DNA from: Botryllus schlosseri
Taxonomy: Eukaryota
Length of the DNA: 64,000 nt
Direction: 5' to 3'
Assembly (NCBI GenBank): GCA_051294905.1
Contig: CM119386.1
Location: 10,478,001-10,542,000 of the forward strand
The notes under the pieces are model-generated. The model saw nothing but the letters and a program-made list of their open reading frames with translations, had not been told where the DNA came from and did not search any database. Below are positions 1-12,800 of this stretch, in pieces (position 1 is the stretch's first letter; the number at the start of each line of letters is the position of its first letter). The position numbers and the translations under genes are program-made.

Positions 1-9
1 CTGTCACAG

Positions 10-30
10 GCTCAGACGGGCTGATATACT
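10..30 (+). CDS. Possible 21-nt upstream micro-exon (phase 1-1; xSDGLIY)
   Basis: CACAG acceptor at 5-9 and GTATGT donor at 31-36; 21 nt, phase-compatible with exon 2603. There is no homology support. Confidence 0.3.
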
Positions 31-384
31 GTATGTCTGCCGCTAAACTAGCTTCCAAACTAGGCTTTTGGTTACGTAATAATTATAGTCCAAAATATTA
101 ATTCACTACGGTTTGTGAGACCTACGATTAGTGGTGTGTCGTAAGTTAAACAAGTTACAAATGCGTCGCAACTACAAAAGTTGCACTGCTCTTGAATTTC
201 CCATTAGATTTATTTGAAATATTCCACGTCAGAAAAATGAACGAATTATCAGTCACGATTTTCGTTCGCACTCATCCGGATTTTTCGTTCGCACCGTTCG
301 CACCACCTCCGTCATTCGCACCGCAATTTTTTGCGTTCGCACCAGTGCGAACCGTCACACAGGTTGAAAAGCACTGCTCTAAGC

Positions 385-552
385 TCTAACATCCACCCCG
401 GCCTAGAGTGCCCGATGTCACAGTTCTTTTTCGATGTTGATCTGTTTGAAGCCGCGACCCTTTCTACTAGTTCTTTTCCATTCATTGTGAGTGCTTTCTT
501 TCGTCGGGTCTTTCTCTGGGCTTTTTTTGTCGCAACGGCAACGGCATGGGAA
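385..552 (-). repeat. Dispersed repeat family A, copy 1 (other copies about 46965-47190 + and 56975-57205 +)
   Basis: Reverse complement aligns with the other two copies (..cactcacaaGGAATGGAAAGAACTAG..GCCGCGGCTTCAAA..AACATCGAAAAGAACTGT.ACATCGG..CTAGGCCG.GG.GGATGT.AG). Confidence 0.85.
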
Positions 553-831
553 GAGCAGCCCAGATGAACCTCCGACGGGAATCGAACACGGTTCGCCTGC
601 GTGCTGGGCGCTTATCGTAACCACTTCCTTGCCAGACTCGCACGGCTTGAAATTTGATAAAATTGGTATCAATCGAAAGCTACCAAGGTACTGATTACGA
701 TAATATAAATTTTATTGTGCTAGTGGTCCTAGAAATACTAAAAATCAGCCTCGAATTTCGATCGTAACTAAGTTTGGTATTGTGACGCAGCAATGTCATC
801 TGTAAGCAAGTGAGAAGCAGCGCAAACTATG

Positions 832-863
832 GATAACTAAGGTAACCGGTTACCTTAGTTATC
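832..863. repeat. Perfect 32-bp palindrome
   Basis: GATAACTAAGGTAACC|GGTTACCTTAGTTATC; extends to 828-867 with one mismatch. Confidence 0.95.
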
Positions 864-1496
864 TATACGCAAACGGCAAGCGTATAGGCGATTGTGGCGC
901 AAGCGATTTAGCATTCACACTATCACTGCGCTGCGCGGCGCGCACGCTTGCTCCGAGCTGTGGCTGCTTATTCCAGACTGTATTGCTGCGTCACCATGAA
1001 AAACTCAGTTACAATGCAAAATGAAAGGATGATTTTTGGGGTTCCAGGAACAACACAACAATAATATTTATATTTTCGTAATCAGTACCTTGGTAGCTTA
1101 CGATTGATGCAAATTTTATCAAATCTTGCGCTCGGCAAGCCAGTCAAAATTTACCGTCAATTTGCCTTTATCCAAATGCAAAGTGTGACATAGACCAATC
1201 GCAGTGTGCCGTGAGATTTGCTTGTGTCCACACCATTGTAGGACACTGTGATCATAACTGTTATATTCTTTAATTCCGTTGACGAAACATTGGTCGGATG
1301 TTATGTAAGGCACCTCACCAGCCATGATTAGAGATTCATTCGATCGTCCAGTGTCTCATCACTGTACGTACATTGTACAATGTGTACAATGTACATATAT
1401 TGTCATACCACTATGAAAGCAGTGACTAGTGATGCAAGAAATTATTAACGTGGCAACGGTGATAGTAATGAATCAGAAGATCATGACGCTTCATTT

Positions 1497-2017
1497 ATAT
1501 GATTCAACTCGAGTCGCGGTTTTTTGGTAACCCGACTTGACTCTAGTCATTTTCTCAAAATATGGAAAATAACTCGACTCGATTTGAGTTAATCTGTGTC
1601 ATTACACATGAATCGGACCAAGTCATATGACTCGAGACTCAGACGGTCATGACCGATACATCATTGTAATTTCGAAAAATAGTAAAGTATTTTGTCTATT
1701 AGTACTTGAATTTAAAAATGCGACCAGAAACTGCTAAAAGTGATGAAAATTTGTATAGGCTAATATGAATGCGAACCATTTGATATCGCCAAGCAGAGTT
1801 GTGAAAAGTGGGTTTAACAAGACTTTAACTCGAAACTGAACTGTCAACGCAATGATTTGGACTCGAACTCGAGTCATAACACTATGACTCGTACTCGACC
1901 CTCTGCTCACCGACTTGACTCGGTGGTGAATTGAAAATATCTCGACTTGACTCGAGTCAAAACTATAAAAGTGAGAAAGACTTCTGACTCGGAACCTTGT
2001 GACTTGGTTGCAACCCT
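1497..2017 (+). mobile_element. Decayed copy of the GACTCGAGTC-rich hAT-type non-autonomous element
   Basis: GACTC/GAGTC subterminal arrays and right end TTGCAACCCT, homologous to 51421-52138 and 52363-55043; left TIR not seen. Confidence 0.75.
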
Positions 2018-2602
2018 AATGTAGCCCTACTCATTGCTACCATGATGTAGGCCTACTCTTGACATGCTTATTCAAACATAGAAATGACATGTTCTGGGCC
2101 TACTTTTCAAGTATGGGTCCTGATACAAGACAAGTCGGAGTCTGAGAATTCCTTGAGTCGTAGTACAGAGGTGGTCTGTAACAAAGTACTTCTACTTTTT
2201 GAAGTACTTCAAGTAGATTTTGCCTACTTGCACTACTTCCCAGGCCTAGAATACTTACTTCATTAGGACCTACTTTTGAATTCCTATTTCTACTTGGGTA
2301 GAAATTTACAACAGTACTTCTACTTGAGTACTGACGATGACTACTTCACTCTAGTCGAGTCCTTTTCCATTGAAAAAAAATGAAAAATTGCGACCGGAGT
2401 CATGTCTTCAAAAAAATCCGTGACTCTTAAGTACTGCTATTACATACTGTTCAAGTATCGAGTGTAACCATTCGATAGTTCAGTTGACTCGTTCTCCATT
2501 TGCATCACAATGGACCTCACCCGCATGATCCCTACGCCAACACATCAATCATGTAACTCTGTGTTTTAAAACTGACCTGAATAACATCTGCGATGCATTC
2601 AG

Positions 2603-3802
2603 CCTATTGCCTCGCATCATGTCCAGCCGGCTGGACGGAAAGAAATGCCCGTTGCTACTCTGTCTTCAATACGCGGGTTTCATTTACTATGGCACGGTCA
2701 TACTGCCTTCAACTGGGCGGTGATCTTGTGAGCCTTGAGGATGCAGCCGAGAGAGTAAATTGACTGTCTTTTTTATGTAGTTTTCAAATCAACTTTGGAC
2801 AATCGTACATTTCAGGACTACATTTACAGCACATTCATCGAAGGTACAGGAGATAAATTTTGGGTGGGTGGAACTGATGTTCGGTATGAACAATCATTTG
2901 AATGGACAGATGGGACCCTATTCGACACGACAGTACCGTAAGTTGATCTTGAATTTTTTGACTATCTGTATTTCTTTGATTTTATACGGGATTCAATGTG
3001 TGACGATTGTGACATAATATCGGTCTGCTGGCTTAAATTTCTCCCTCTACTAGTGTACATCTTGAAGAGTTCTCGGCCAGCTGGCATAAAATTACCTTGG
3101 TTGATTATTAAATAAATTAATTATGGGAAGTTATAAGTCAAATATTCATTCAACAAATTATCCCATTACAACGAAATATTTTTCCTAAATCCTCAATCAT
3201 CAATGGAAATTCAATCAATGACAATCATCATGAAAATTTTGTTGAAAAGATTTACTACAAACATAGTGTTTTAATAATAGTTACACATTTCATGAACAAA
3301 TAATAAATATATAGATCCTATAATAACCCAAACTTTTCAAGCACTTCGGAGTAAAAATGTAAAACACCATACAGACACAACAGGCTGACAGATAATAGCA
3401 AAAGTTATTTTTTATTGTAAAAGCTTATTGATGATTATGTCAAAATTCGTAATGTTAAATTTACCCATGAGCCGCCCCATGGAAAGTATCATCCTAAAAG
3501 CTTCAGGTGTACTAAAAATGAGTGTATTGTCTATCATATTGAGATTCCGCATGACTCACTGCCTCTTCATCGTTGCCAGGCTATGGAAATTAGGACAACC
3601 GGACAATGGAGCTGACACGGGGGATGCATCTGTTCAGGAAGACTGCATAGCAATCAATGACGAGTCTACAAATCCAAATTCACGAGGCTCGTGGGATGAC
3701 AACCAATGCGGCAAATCAAGGTGTCTCTTTGTCCTGCTAATTCGTTTTGGGAGCGTTTAGAAATTAGCAACTTGCCATATACAGGGCTTACATATGTGAA
3801 AA
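2603..3802 (+). CDS. CTLD1 (QPD/WDD type); exons 2603-2754, 2816-2937, 3580-3720, start of 3785-3902
   Basis: [13 protein letters not shown]...FWVGGTD...EWTDG...WKLGQPDNG...EDC...[16 protein letters not shown]. Confidence 0.9.
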
Positions 3803-6800
3803 ATCGGATGGGGATATTGCTGACTGCGATGAATCGGCTGGTTTTGAGAAGCATGGATCTTATTGTTACAAACTGGTGGAATCCGAGTACAACTGGCAAA
3901 CGGTAAGTAAAGCATTTATGATAGTGGTGCGCTGGACTGCTCGTACATCTTCACCATGGGCTTCTCTACAATATCAGGTCACTAAAGGGTATCCAGCCAA
4001 GCAGTAACATACCCGTTTTGGTTAAAGAGATTAACTGATATGAATAAATTATCAGTGATCTTGAACACAATACTTTTGAACCTTTGCTTGTCTTGTAAAA
4101 GTATACAGACTTGCGCGGACTATTAACAAAATGAATCAACTCCTCGCAGAGCACAGGTTGGCGGCCACTGCTCCACGTCATTTGGTGTCTGACTTTATTG
4201 AAGGCTTGAGGAAGAATTTCGGGACATCATCGGAAGATGTTTTGATGATTTTTGACTTGACAAACCTACTCCCTCGTTTGAAAGCTTTGTTATCCTGTTT
4301 ATACATGAGGCAGAAATACATTACTGTGGCAAATAATGTTGACCGGATACAGAGGCTGCAAATTTTTCAATTAGATGTTGTGACGTCATTTGTTTTCACT
4401 AGGTTGCAATAGGTATTCATGGCATCACTTCATTATTGAACAAATTTAGCCCCCTTAATTTTGATCCTCGCCATGTCATGACCTTTTGGGATGTCATGGG
4501 CCACCTGTGGTTCCTATATAACAGTGGTCGCGAACCTATATCTTGCATATATGCGCACTCGCAGTGCTGAGACGGTCTCTGCGCACAGAAAATCTAAGTT
4601 GCACACAAAAAATCCTAAGTGATGACCTTTTTTTAGTCGTTACGCACTGTTGTCCATGGGTCTGCGCACTGAGTTGGTGAGTGTGCGCAGACTCGTCAAA
4701 AATTAGAGGGAACATTGGTGATAAGTACGAGTTTTACAGAGAAAATGTGGCGCACATGACGAATCCCATGTAGTGAATTCGAATTAGTGCTATGATGACG
4801 TCACAAATTTTTCGTTTTGACGGAACAATTGATTAGCATGTATGGCTCTTTGGGAGTTGAAATTGAAAAATTAGGGCCAATATGACTCTTCAGACAAAAA
4901 ATGTTCCCGACCGCTGCTATATAAACTTTGACCCCGACATGACCAGATAAAAGTCATCACTAGGGCAAGTTTTTGCAACTTTTTTTACAGCTTCCGGCAG
5001 CTTCCTAAATACTCGTAAGATATGTAGAATGCTGTTTTAAGCTGTTTGAAGGAATCTTATGGTGCAACTTTTTGCAAGTTTTGTCCATTTTTTTTTCATG
5101 CAACTTTTTGCAACATTTTGCAACTTTTTCGATTTTCAATGAAAGTATTTTCGATTTTGGTGAAATACACGGCCAAATTCGACCGAAACACCGTAAATTG
5201 GCATCGAAGTAACGCTTTTACGGGTATTTCGAGAGCTGAGCCGGAAAATTGCCCCCCCCCTTTTTTTTTAGTCAACCGAGCAAAATGTGGTCTGTTGCAA
5301 CTTTCCACGGATTTAACTGCAACTAAAACTTGCCCTAGTCATCACGGTATTGACAATGGACTTACAACTAATAACACTGGTCAACAAAATGAAGAAAAAA
5401 TTTTTTGGCAGAACATCTAGGAGCCGTTTCTGGTGTTTTCAAGGCTGCTGATTACGAATATCGCATGAGTTCTGCCAGATTGGCTATTGAAAAGAAGATA
5501 TTTAAACCCCAAAAAAAGCTTAAAGTCACTGTATTTATCCTTGAATATTTCACTTGGTAAGAAGTAAATCCTATATTTTTCTACTTTTATACTGCGCATA
5601 AATAGATGATTGATTATTATGAACACTCATGTCTTTCTCAGTTATTCCATCAATAAAACGTGACCTGATGCGAGAACTTTGTTTGTTAAAAAACCAGTTT
5701 GTCAAGCCTAAAAATTGTACTTCTGCACAATGGAAATATATTTTCTACTGCACCAATTGGTCATTCTACCAAGATCAAAGAGTAGTATAAAGCTAACAAG
5801 TTTGTCCTTGGAACGCCTAACTAAAATACTCATATGCAACTCATCTCTTTTCACTTGTAAATGGATAATTTTCCGTAAAGCCAACAAATTGGGTATAGCT
5901 AGTATCCATATCAAATAAGAAGCTTAAATCTGGAGTCTTTGATGGATCTCAGATTCGAATACAGACTAAGGATTACAATTTCTTATTAAGAAAGGTGCTC
6001 ACTGCATGGAATCCTTTCTAGGATGTAGGGAATAAAACTTTTCGAAAGATCACAAAGCACGCAACTACAAACAGTTGATCCAAGAGTTTGTATCTGCATA
6101 TGGAAAACTTTGAGCAAACATGAGCATTAAATCTCACTTCCTGTTCAATCATCCTGATATATTTTCTGATAATATTGTTGATTAGAGGGAATAGAAAGAG
6201 GAACGGTTCCACCAATACATCAAAACAACAAAAGAAAGATATCAGTGCACATGCGTCGAACATATTATGGCATATTATTGCTGGAACCTTTTAAAAAACT
6301 GCACTAAATTGCTTACAACCGAAAATAGTACAAGAAACAATATAAGTTTTTATTATTAAATTCCAACTGATTATTTTGAATTTGAAATAGGGTTTGACAT
6401 AAAACTGATTCAATTAATGCAATGTTATTTGAGTATTTCGTTATGTACATGGTATCCGTGAAAGTCTCCAATTATGATAAATCTAATGCTCTGAAACATA
6501 ATTCTGTTGATGTATTTTGATTTAAAACAGTCTTCAGCGTGTCAAAATAACAAGTAGATTGAATTTCTGAACTTTATAGTACAACTGAGCCGATTTTTAT
6601 TGAGCCCGTACCGCGAAAATATGAGATTTTAGTCAAAAGAGTCCCATGGAATATCTCTAAAAATAGAGCCAATTTGAAAAAACTAAGGTCATACTCCGAA
6701 TCAGTGCCCTTCAGAACCCCCAAAACCACTCTTACTTTGTCTGCCTAAAAATATGTGTTCACCAGTGTAATTTATGTTAACCCAAAATATCAATAATTGA

Positions 6801-9800
6801 AATTCATATTGGGTTATTAACCATACACTATTTCACCTTTTAGGCTGAAAAAACTTGTGAAGATCTATGGAATTCCGAACTTACAGCGATTACGTCTGTC
6901 GAAGAGCAAACCGTTATCAATGACATGAGATTGAAAGTGAACAAAGATATATGGATTGGTCTATCTGATGTTGTAAGTAGCTGTGCGACTATAATTATAA
7001 TGCCCCACCTTCTGATCATGTTTAGTAATAGAGAGAGAGAGAGAGTATTTATTTTCATCCAACTGAAATACATAACAAACAGACAGCAATAATGGTACAG
7101 AAAATACGCATGCACAGTATTCGGTATCTGATAGGAATGATCGATATGACCTTGGAGGTCAATTAGTCTGATTACACCCGCATCAAACAGGTATACTTAT
7201 CTCTATATACAGTATGACTGCAACAAATGTTAGGTAAAAGGGAAAAAAAATAAAATTAAAAGATGGTAACATGCCTTGTATATTATGATATTTCTTTTGT
7301 CTTTGCCACAACTTCTGCTTATTACGAATTGAATGAAATGTAAAAAAGGAGTTTATTTTTGTGGTTACTCTGATATTCAACTCAAAGGCCAATCGTTTGA
7401 TCGAATTCAGATCTATCAAGTTGTCAGTAAAATCCCTACACATGATGACTCTTGTCTAAACAGTTTATAACCTTTGTCAAAACTTGATCTAATTCTGTAT
7501 ATTTTACTGGACTATGCAGTGTCTGTAAACGCCTGTTAGCCGCCATATTTCTTTGAAAATTTTTGAAAAATATATTTGAAAAAGTTGACCACTTATTGTG
7601 TCTTTCTGGTACCTCTATCCAGACAGCATATTTAGAGGTGAAGGTAGCGTTGCTGTAATATATTCTGAACTTTTCCCATATCGTCTTGAAATGTGAAGAT
7701 ATTTCATGATACGATGCGGAACATATTAAACTATTAATCCTCTAAATCCAACTCGTCATGAGTCAATAGCCCGTCATTACGGTTCATATCATCAATAGGA
7801 TACGCCAGGAACTTTACGCTGGAGCAATGGACACGACGTGCTTACCTATACTAATTGGGCGTCAAACGAGCCTACAGCTGTGTAAGTCTGAATATCATTT
7901 CATAATAAGTATGAAATGCCATTATAGGCTATTCAATTTGGTTGGCGTCTTTTGAAAAAATCGAATGAATGTTTTACGATTAAAATTGAAAAATGAATTG
8001 TTAGCACTGTAGAAATGCTGCTCCTGTATGATATATATTGAATAATTGGAAGGCCTATATATGGAACCTCGTTGCATGCACCTAATATTAAAAACAATCC
8101 TATAAGAGAATCATTCCCGATCATCGAAACCATTGTCATATTTACAGAGCTCCTGGTAAAAGCTGTGTCCAGTCAACTGTTGCTACCGATGGACAGTGGA
8201 ATAATGCAGAGTGTACTGACCAAAAGCCATTTATTTGCCGCAAAGGCTTGAGAGGTGAGTCGTACAGTTCTGTCATGTGTTCACAAGTATTCCTATGTTG
8301 TTATTGTTTGAATCCACACTGGCTGCTTTAATGATTGAAGGCTGCAGATAAATCACAGCATGGTATTGCTTGTGTTTGCTCGGTAGTTCCAAGGTGTCTT
8401 TGCCCATACAATATACGGTATATATTGTGATGTGCTATTGGCAATCATTAGGAGACAACGAATAATATTTTGAATAAAGTTTCCATGCTGTTCGACGATG
8501 GATGAGAAAGCCTTGTGGTAGAGTATTCGACTTCTTCATTGGTGGATTGTGGTTACGAGCCGTGACGAAGTCAGGCTAAATAAGACTGTAAAACCGGTAT
8601 ATCCGGCTAACCCACTAGGCAGCTGGCATTCCGGGATAGCATGGAGAGGAGAAATGGTGATCCTGACTCGATACCTTTCCAGTTCCTTGGCATGACTGTC
8701 GCCCAAGCACCTGAAGGCACTGACAAAAATTAACATAGGAGTATATGGTGTTTTCAATGGCTTTTTTTTCAAGCACTGTGATAGCACCCCTAGTCCGACA
8801 AAGTGTTATGTGATTATTTTTATTACAAGTATGTGAACGCAATCAAGTATTGACTGATTTTGTTCAGCTGTGTGTCCTGCCGGTTGGATCTATGGCCACG
8901 GGAAGTGCTATGAATTTATTTTGAATGAAAACTTCTTCCTCTCATGGACGCAAGCATACAAGTATTGTACGGCCCAAAATTCGCGAATGCTGAAAATACA
9001 GAAGTAAGATGAATTTTCCGATAACTACTGGTGTGTATGACAAACTATAGTCTTTGTCCATGAGACTAGAATGTTGATAGCATATTTTATTTATTTTTTG
9101 GGTCTTTTAATCATTTTTGAAGTTGAAAGCATTTATTTTGTAGTGCTTCATATTAAACCTTATTTATAATATGACTCATGTATTCAGTGACGACGAACAG
9201 CATTTTATCTCCTCATTCGGAACAGAGTTATATAAAGAAGGAGTTTTGCAATTGTGGCTTGGTATTTCTGGTAAGTTATTTTGGACAATGCAAGTCGGTG
9301 GAAAATGGTTTTTACTTACTGGTATCTACAGCTTTGAATGTAATGTAAGTCTGTACAACAATTACAGGTAATTGATAAAAAAGCAAAGTCTTTTTAGTGT
9401 CTGTACATGATGAAAAATAAATTGAAAATTGACAAAACAAACCAAAAACAGCAAATTTTAGGCGGTGTATGTAAATTCTTTATTGTAAAACAGCAAGCCC
9501 CCCTTTTCAACAGCTGAAAGCAACAATACTGTATCTTAAAATGCATAATCTATTCAAATATATGTAACAAAAACAGTCAGCCTACCCCCAAAATGTGTTT
9601 TTTGTTCTGGCCAAAGAAGTAAATAGATTTGCAATTCAGCAATAGTCGCTTCAAAATTCATGGTATTCCTTGACCATATTATTTTTTCAGTACTGGAGAT
9701 TGTAGCTTTAGAAAGATGATACCGGTAGTTAAATGTTTTTTACTTGCTTGCTACAATGATACATGCTACATTAGCTGATAATATTCTCTTCACATCATAA

Positions 9801-12800
9801 GGATGCGATCGGTTAGCCACAAGGTACAATAAAGAAGCCTACATACTGCATACATGATTACATAAAATTTGATTCAAGTATCACACTACTTGTACTTTTC
9901 AGTTGCTAACTGTGTTTTGATGATGAATTCAGTCCATTATATTTATAACTAACATCTATAGACCGGAAAACATGATCATCCGATCTCTGTCAGATATCTC
10001 CTGTGTTCAGATATCGGCCATGACCAACAGCTGACGTGGACAGATCAAAGCGCCATTACTTATACACAATGGGATGGAGCACACATCCCTCGAGAAGACC
10101 AAGATGATTGCGCTCAGTTTTACCTCGGAAAGTGTAAGAAAGTCATGTTTACATTGACATGTCAACGAGACTATGCTCAAATTCTAGTTTTGTCCTCTAG
10201 TTTCATGGTAGTGTGCCACCGGTCATTATGGAGTTTTTGTTCTAGAACCACTGACAAAAGCTTGTGGTGTGGAGTTTTCATGATATCACAGTTTTGTTGT
10301 GTTTTGAAATGATAAAAATATAATAAACTGATGCATCCTGGTCAGATGTGACTATTATTTTTAAGAATGATTCATATACCGACTCACTATTGTCCAGATT
10401 GGCCATAAAGTCATTGGAGTGAATGTTATAAAGTAGGCTACAATTTTGCGGGCTCTTCTGCTATTAATAAGTTTATATTTCGGTTCCTACGGTGAGTAGT
10501 AATTTCAAGAAGAATTTATTTAGCACCTTGAGAAGCAGAACATTTTTTCGTGATTTACGCAAAATCTTGTTGTCGATGAGATGTTTTGATCATGATATCC
10601 TCCACCAGATCTACATCATTAGAGGATAGACGCATCCTGTAATTTCTAAAGTCGTCACCCCTTCCCCCGATTATCTGCTAAATGTATGCGACCCATCGAC
10701 CAAACATTCTTTCGAAATTACGTACTTGATTACTATTCCTCATTTTCTACGTCTACTTGCAGCATTTCTAACGTTTCTTAAATAGTGCTGTCACTTGTAA
10801 TTGAGTGGAATCTACGTCGTTACTAATTTGTACTTGAGTAGCAATGCTGACTACTTTAACACCTCTTTATATATGTACAATATACATATCTACCATGTCG
10901 TCTTACCAATATATTTTCATTTCTACAATAATGACTGTTATAGTCATTTAAAGAGAGCTGTTTTATTTAGCTTTATCGAATTGGGAACTTCTCACCTGCT
11001 ACTCGCCACAGGCTTTCGTTTGCGAGGTTACCGAAGGAACGCCGATCTCTGATATTGAAGTGCCGGATGGTTTGTATATAGTTCTTCTACGTGAAAGTGT
11101 ACCCTACAAATCGCACTATTTGTCACTCTGCTATGGAAACCATAGCTTCCCAATGATATTCATTAAATCCATGTAGTGGTATGAAATAGGGCCAATATAC
11201 TTGAACGCTCGAGTAACTTAGGCCTTGTCACGAAACTAGGTAGTGTTTCTTAGCAATTTAGGTCCATGCAAAAGATTAATGTGAATATTTTTGGATATTT
11301 AGACAGTTTTGGTGGCATATTACAGGGGTGTCAAACATACAGTATGCGAGCCGCATTCGGCACGCCACACGATTTCTTCCCGCACGTTTGTAAAAAATGT
11401 TGAGATGTTTCGAAGTAAATACTTCCGTTAAATAGTCCCTCAAGACAGCAAATGTCTAGTATGTTCAAAGGCCGCATTGTAACCACTCGACTGCGGCATT
11501 GTAGTTTCACTCTAGTTACCACTAGGAACAAGCCGGCGACATTGACACCCAATTTCGAGAATGCAAAAAAGTGCACGAACACCGAGTTGATGGTTTTAGG
11601 GAAAACTGTCCAAAACGTAATTATTCACAGAAGTGCAAACTGCAAAACCGCTACATGCAGTTTAGTTACACAAAAATATATTTCAAATATCTGTGGTCAC
11701 ACTGGTGTGTCTCTTCCGACTCTAGAGGTCCCCGGAATGCAGAGAAACCTGAATCGTGATTTATAATAATAAAGAGCTTCTTGGAGGTACAGAACTTCAA
11801 TATACAATTAAATAGTATATTCATATTGAAATGAACCCGAATATTTTCGGCTGACACTCGTCAGGGGTAATCGTCAGCAACTAGTAGAGAATTGGAAAGA
11901 ACATCGTATATCAACAATCGTATCACAAAATATGACGTCACCAGCATGAAATTTCGAATGAGAGAGCGTTCAATGTACTATTTTTAGGTGGTACACGAAC
12001 TCCTTTTGTTGACAGAGTTTTGGTTGGTGTATTTTGATAAAAGTTGATTCCAAGGCACACAAATGGAATTGTGAACGGCCTCGCCCTACGATTCGAAATC
12101 GGTCGTCTCGATAATTATTCGCACAAATCGGATTATCCAACAGATGTTTGCCGATGGCAGAATGCTGATCGATCAAAGGCCATTAATTCTATAAACCTCA
12201 TTCCAACGTCTGCGGATACGGTTAAACCTCTTTTATTCCTCACAACGCTTACACAAGGTGAACGCCAGATTACGACTAAAGCAAGGTAGCATGGAAATAT
12301 GCTAGGGTTACCACACTTCCTCTTTTAAGTGGATTTGTCCTCTTTTTTGACTTTTTTGAAAGTGTCCTCGGTGGACGCCCAAAAGTCCTCTTTTTTGAGA
12401 ATTTTGGTAGGCTAAATATCGGGCCAAATTCGACTGAGATACAGTAAATCAGCACTGAAGTAACGCTCCGGCGGCTATTTCGGGAATTGAACCGGAAAGC
12501 TGACTTTTTTTTTGTCAATCAACCACTCGGTGGGAAAAATTTACCATTTTTTCAGGATTTTCCTCCGGTATTGCAAGTCTAAAAATTTCGAATAAGTGTC
12601 CTCTTCAGATTTCCAAAATATGGTAACCCTAAAATATGCCAACTTTTATGGGTGTTACCGCTGATCATCGTATTTTTATCAACTTCATTGTTCGCGAATA
12701 AAAGAGTCGCTACTTGCAACAAATAAACCCCCTATGATCCGTGATACAATGTAATATCTATGACATATATAATGCTTGATGAGAAAGTAAAGAAAGTGAA

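Noticed and set aside
1119-1325. Minus-strand 68-aa ORF with protein-like composition
   Set aside because: No recognisable motif or splice context; cannot be supported without a database search.
10398-10491. Exon-like segment (CAG...GTGAGT), read either as a broken CTLD3 end (WP*SHWSEC) or as a signal-peptide-like stretch ([18 protein letters not shown]) in phase with exon 13074
   Set aside because: All three frames have stops, there is no in-frame ATG, and a clean CTLD3 terminal exon exists at 10971-11069, so the gene is not broken here. An alternative first exon cannot be fully excluded without 5' RACE.
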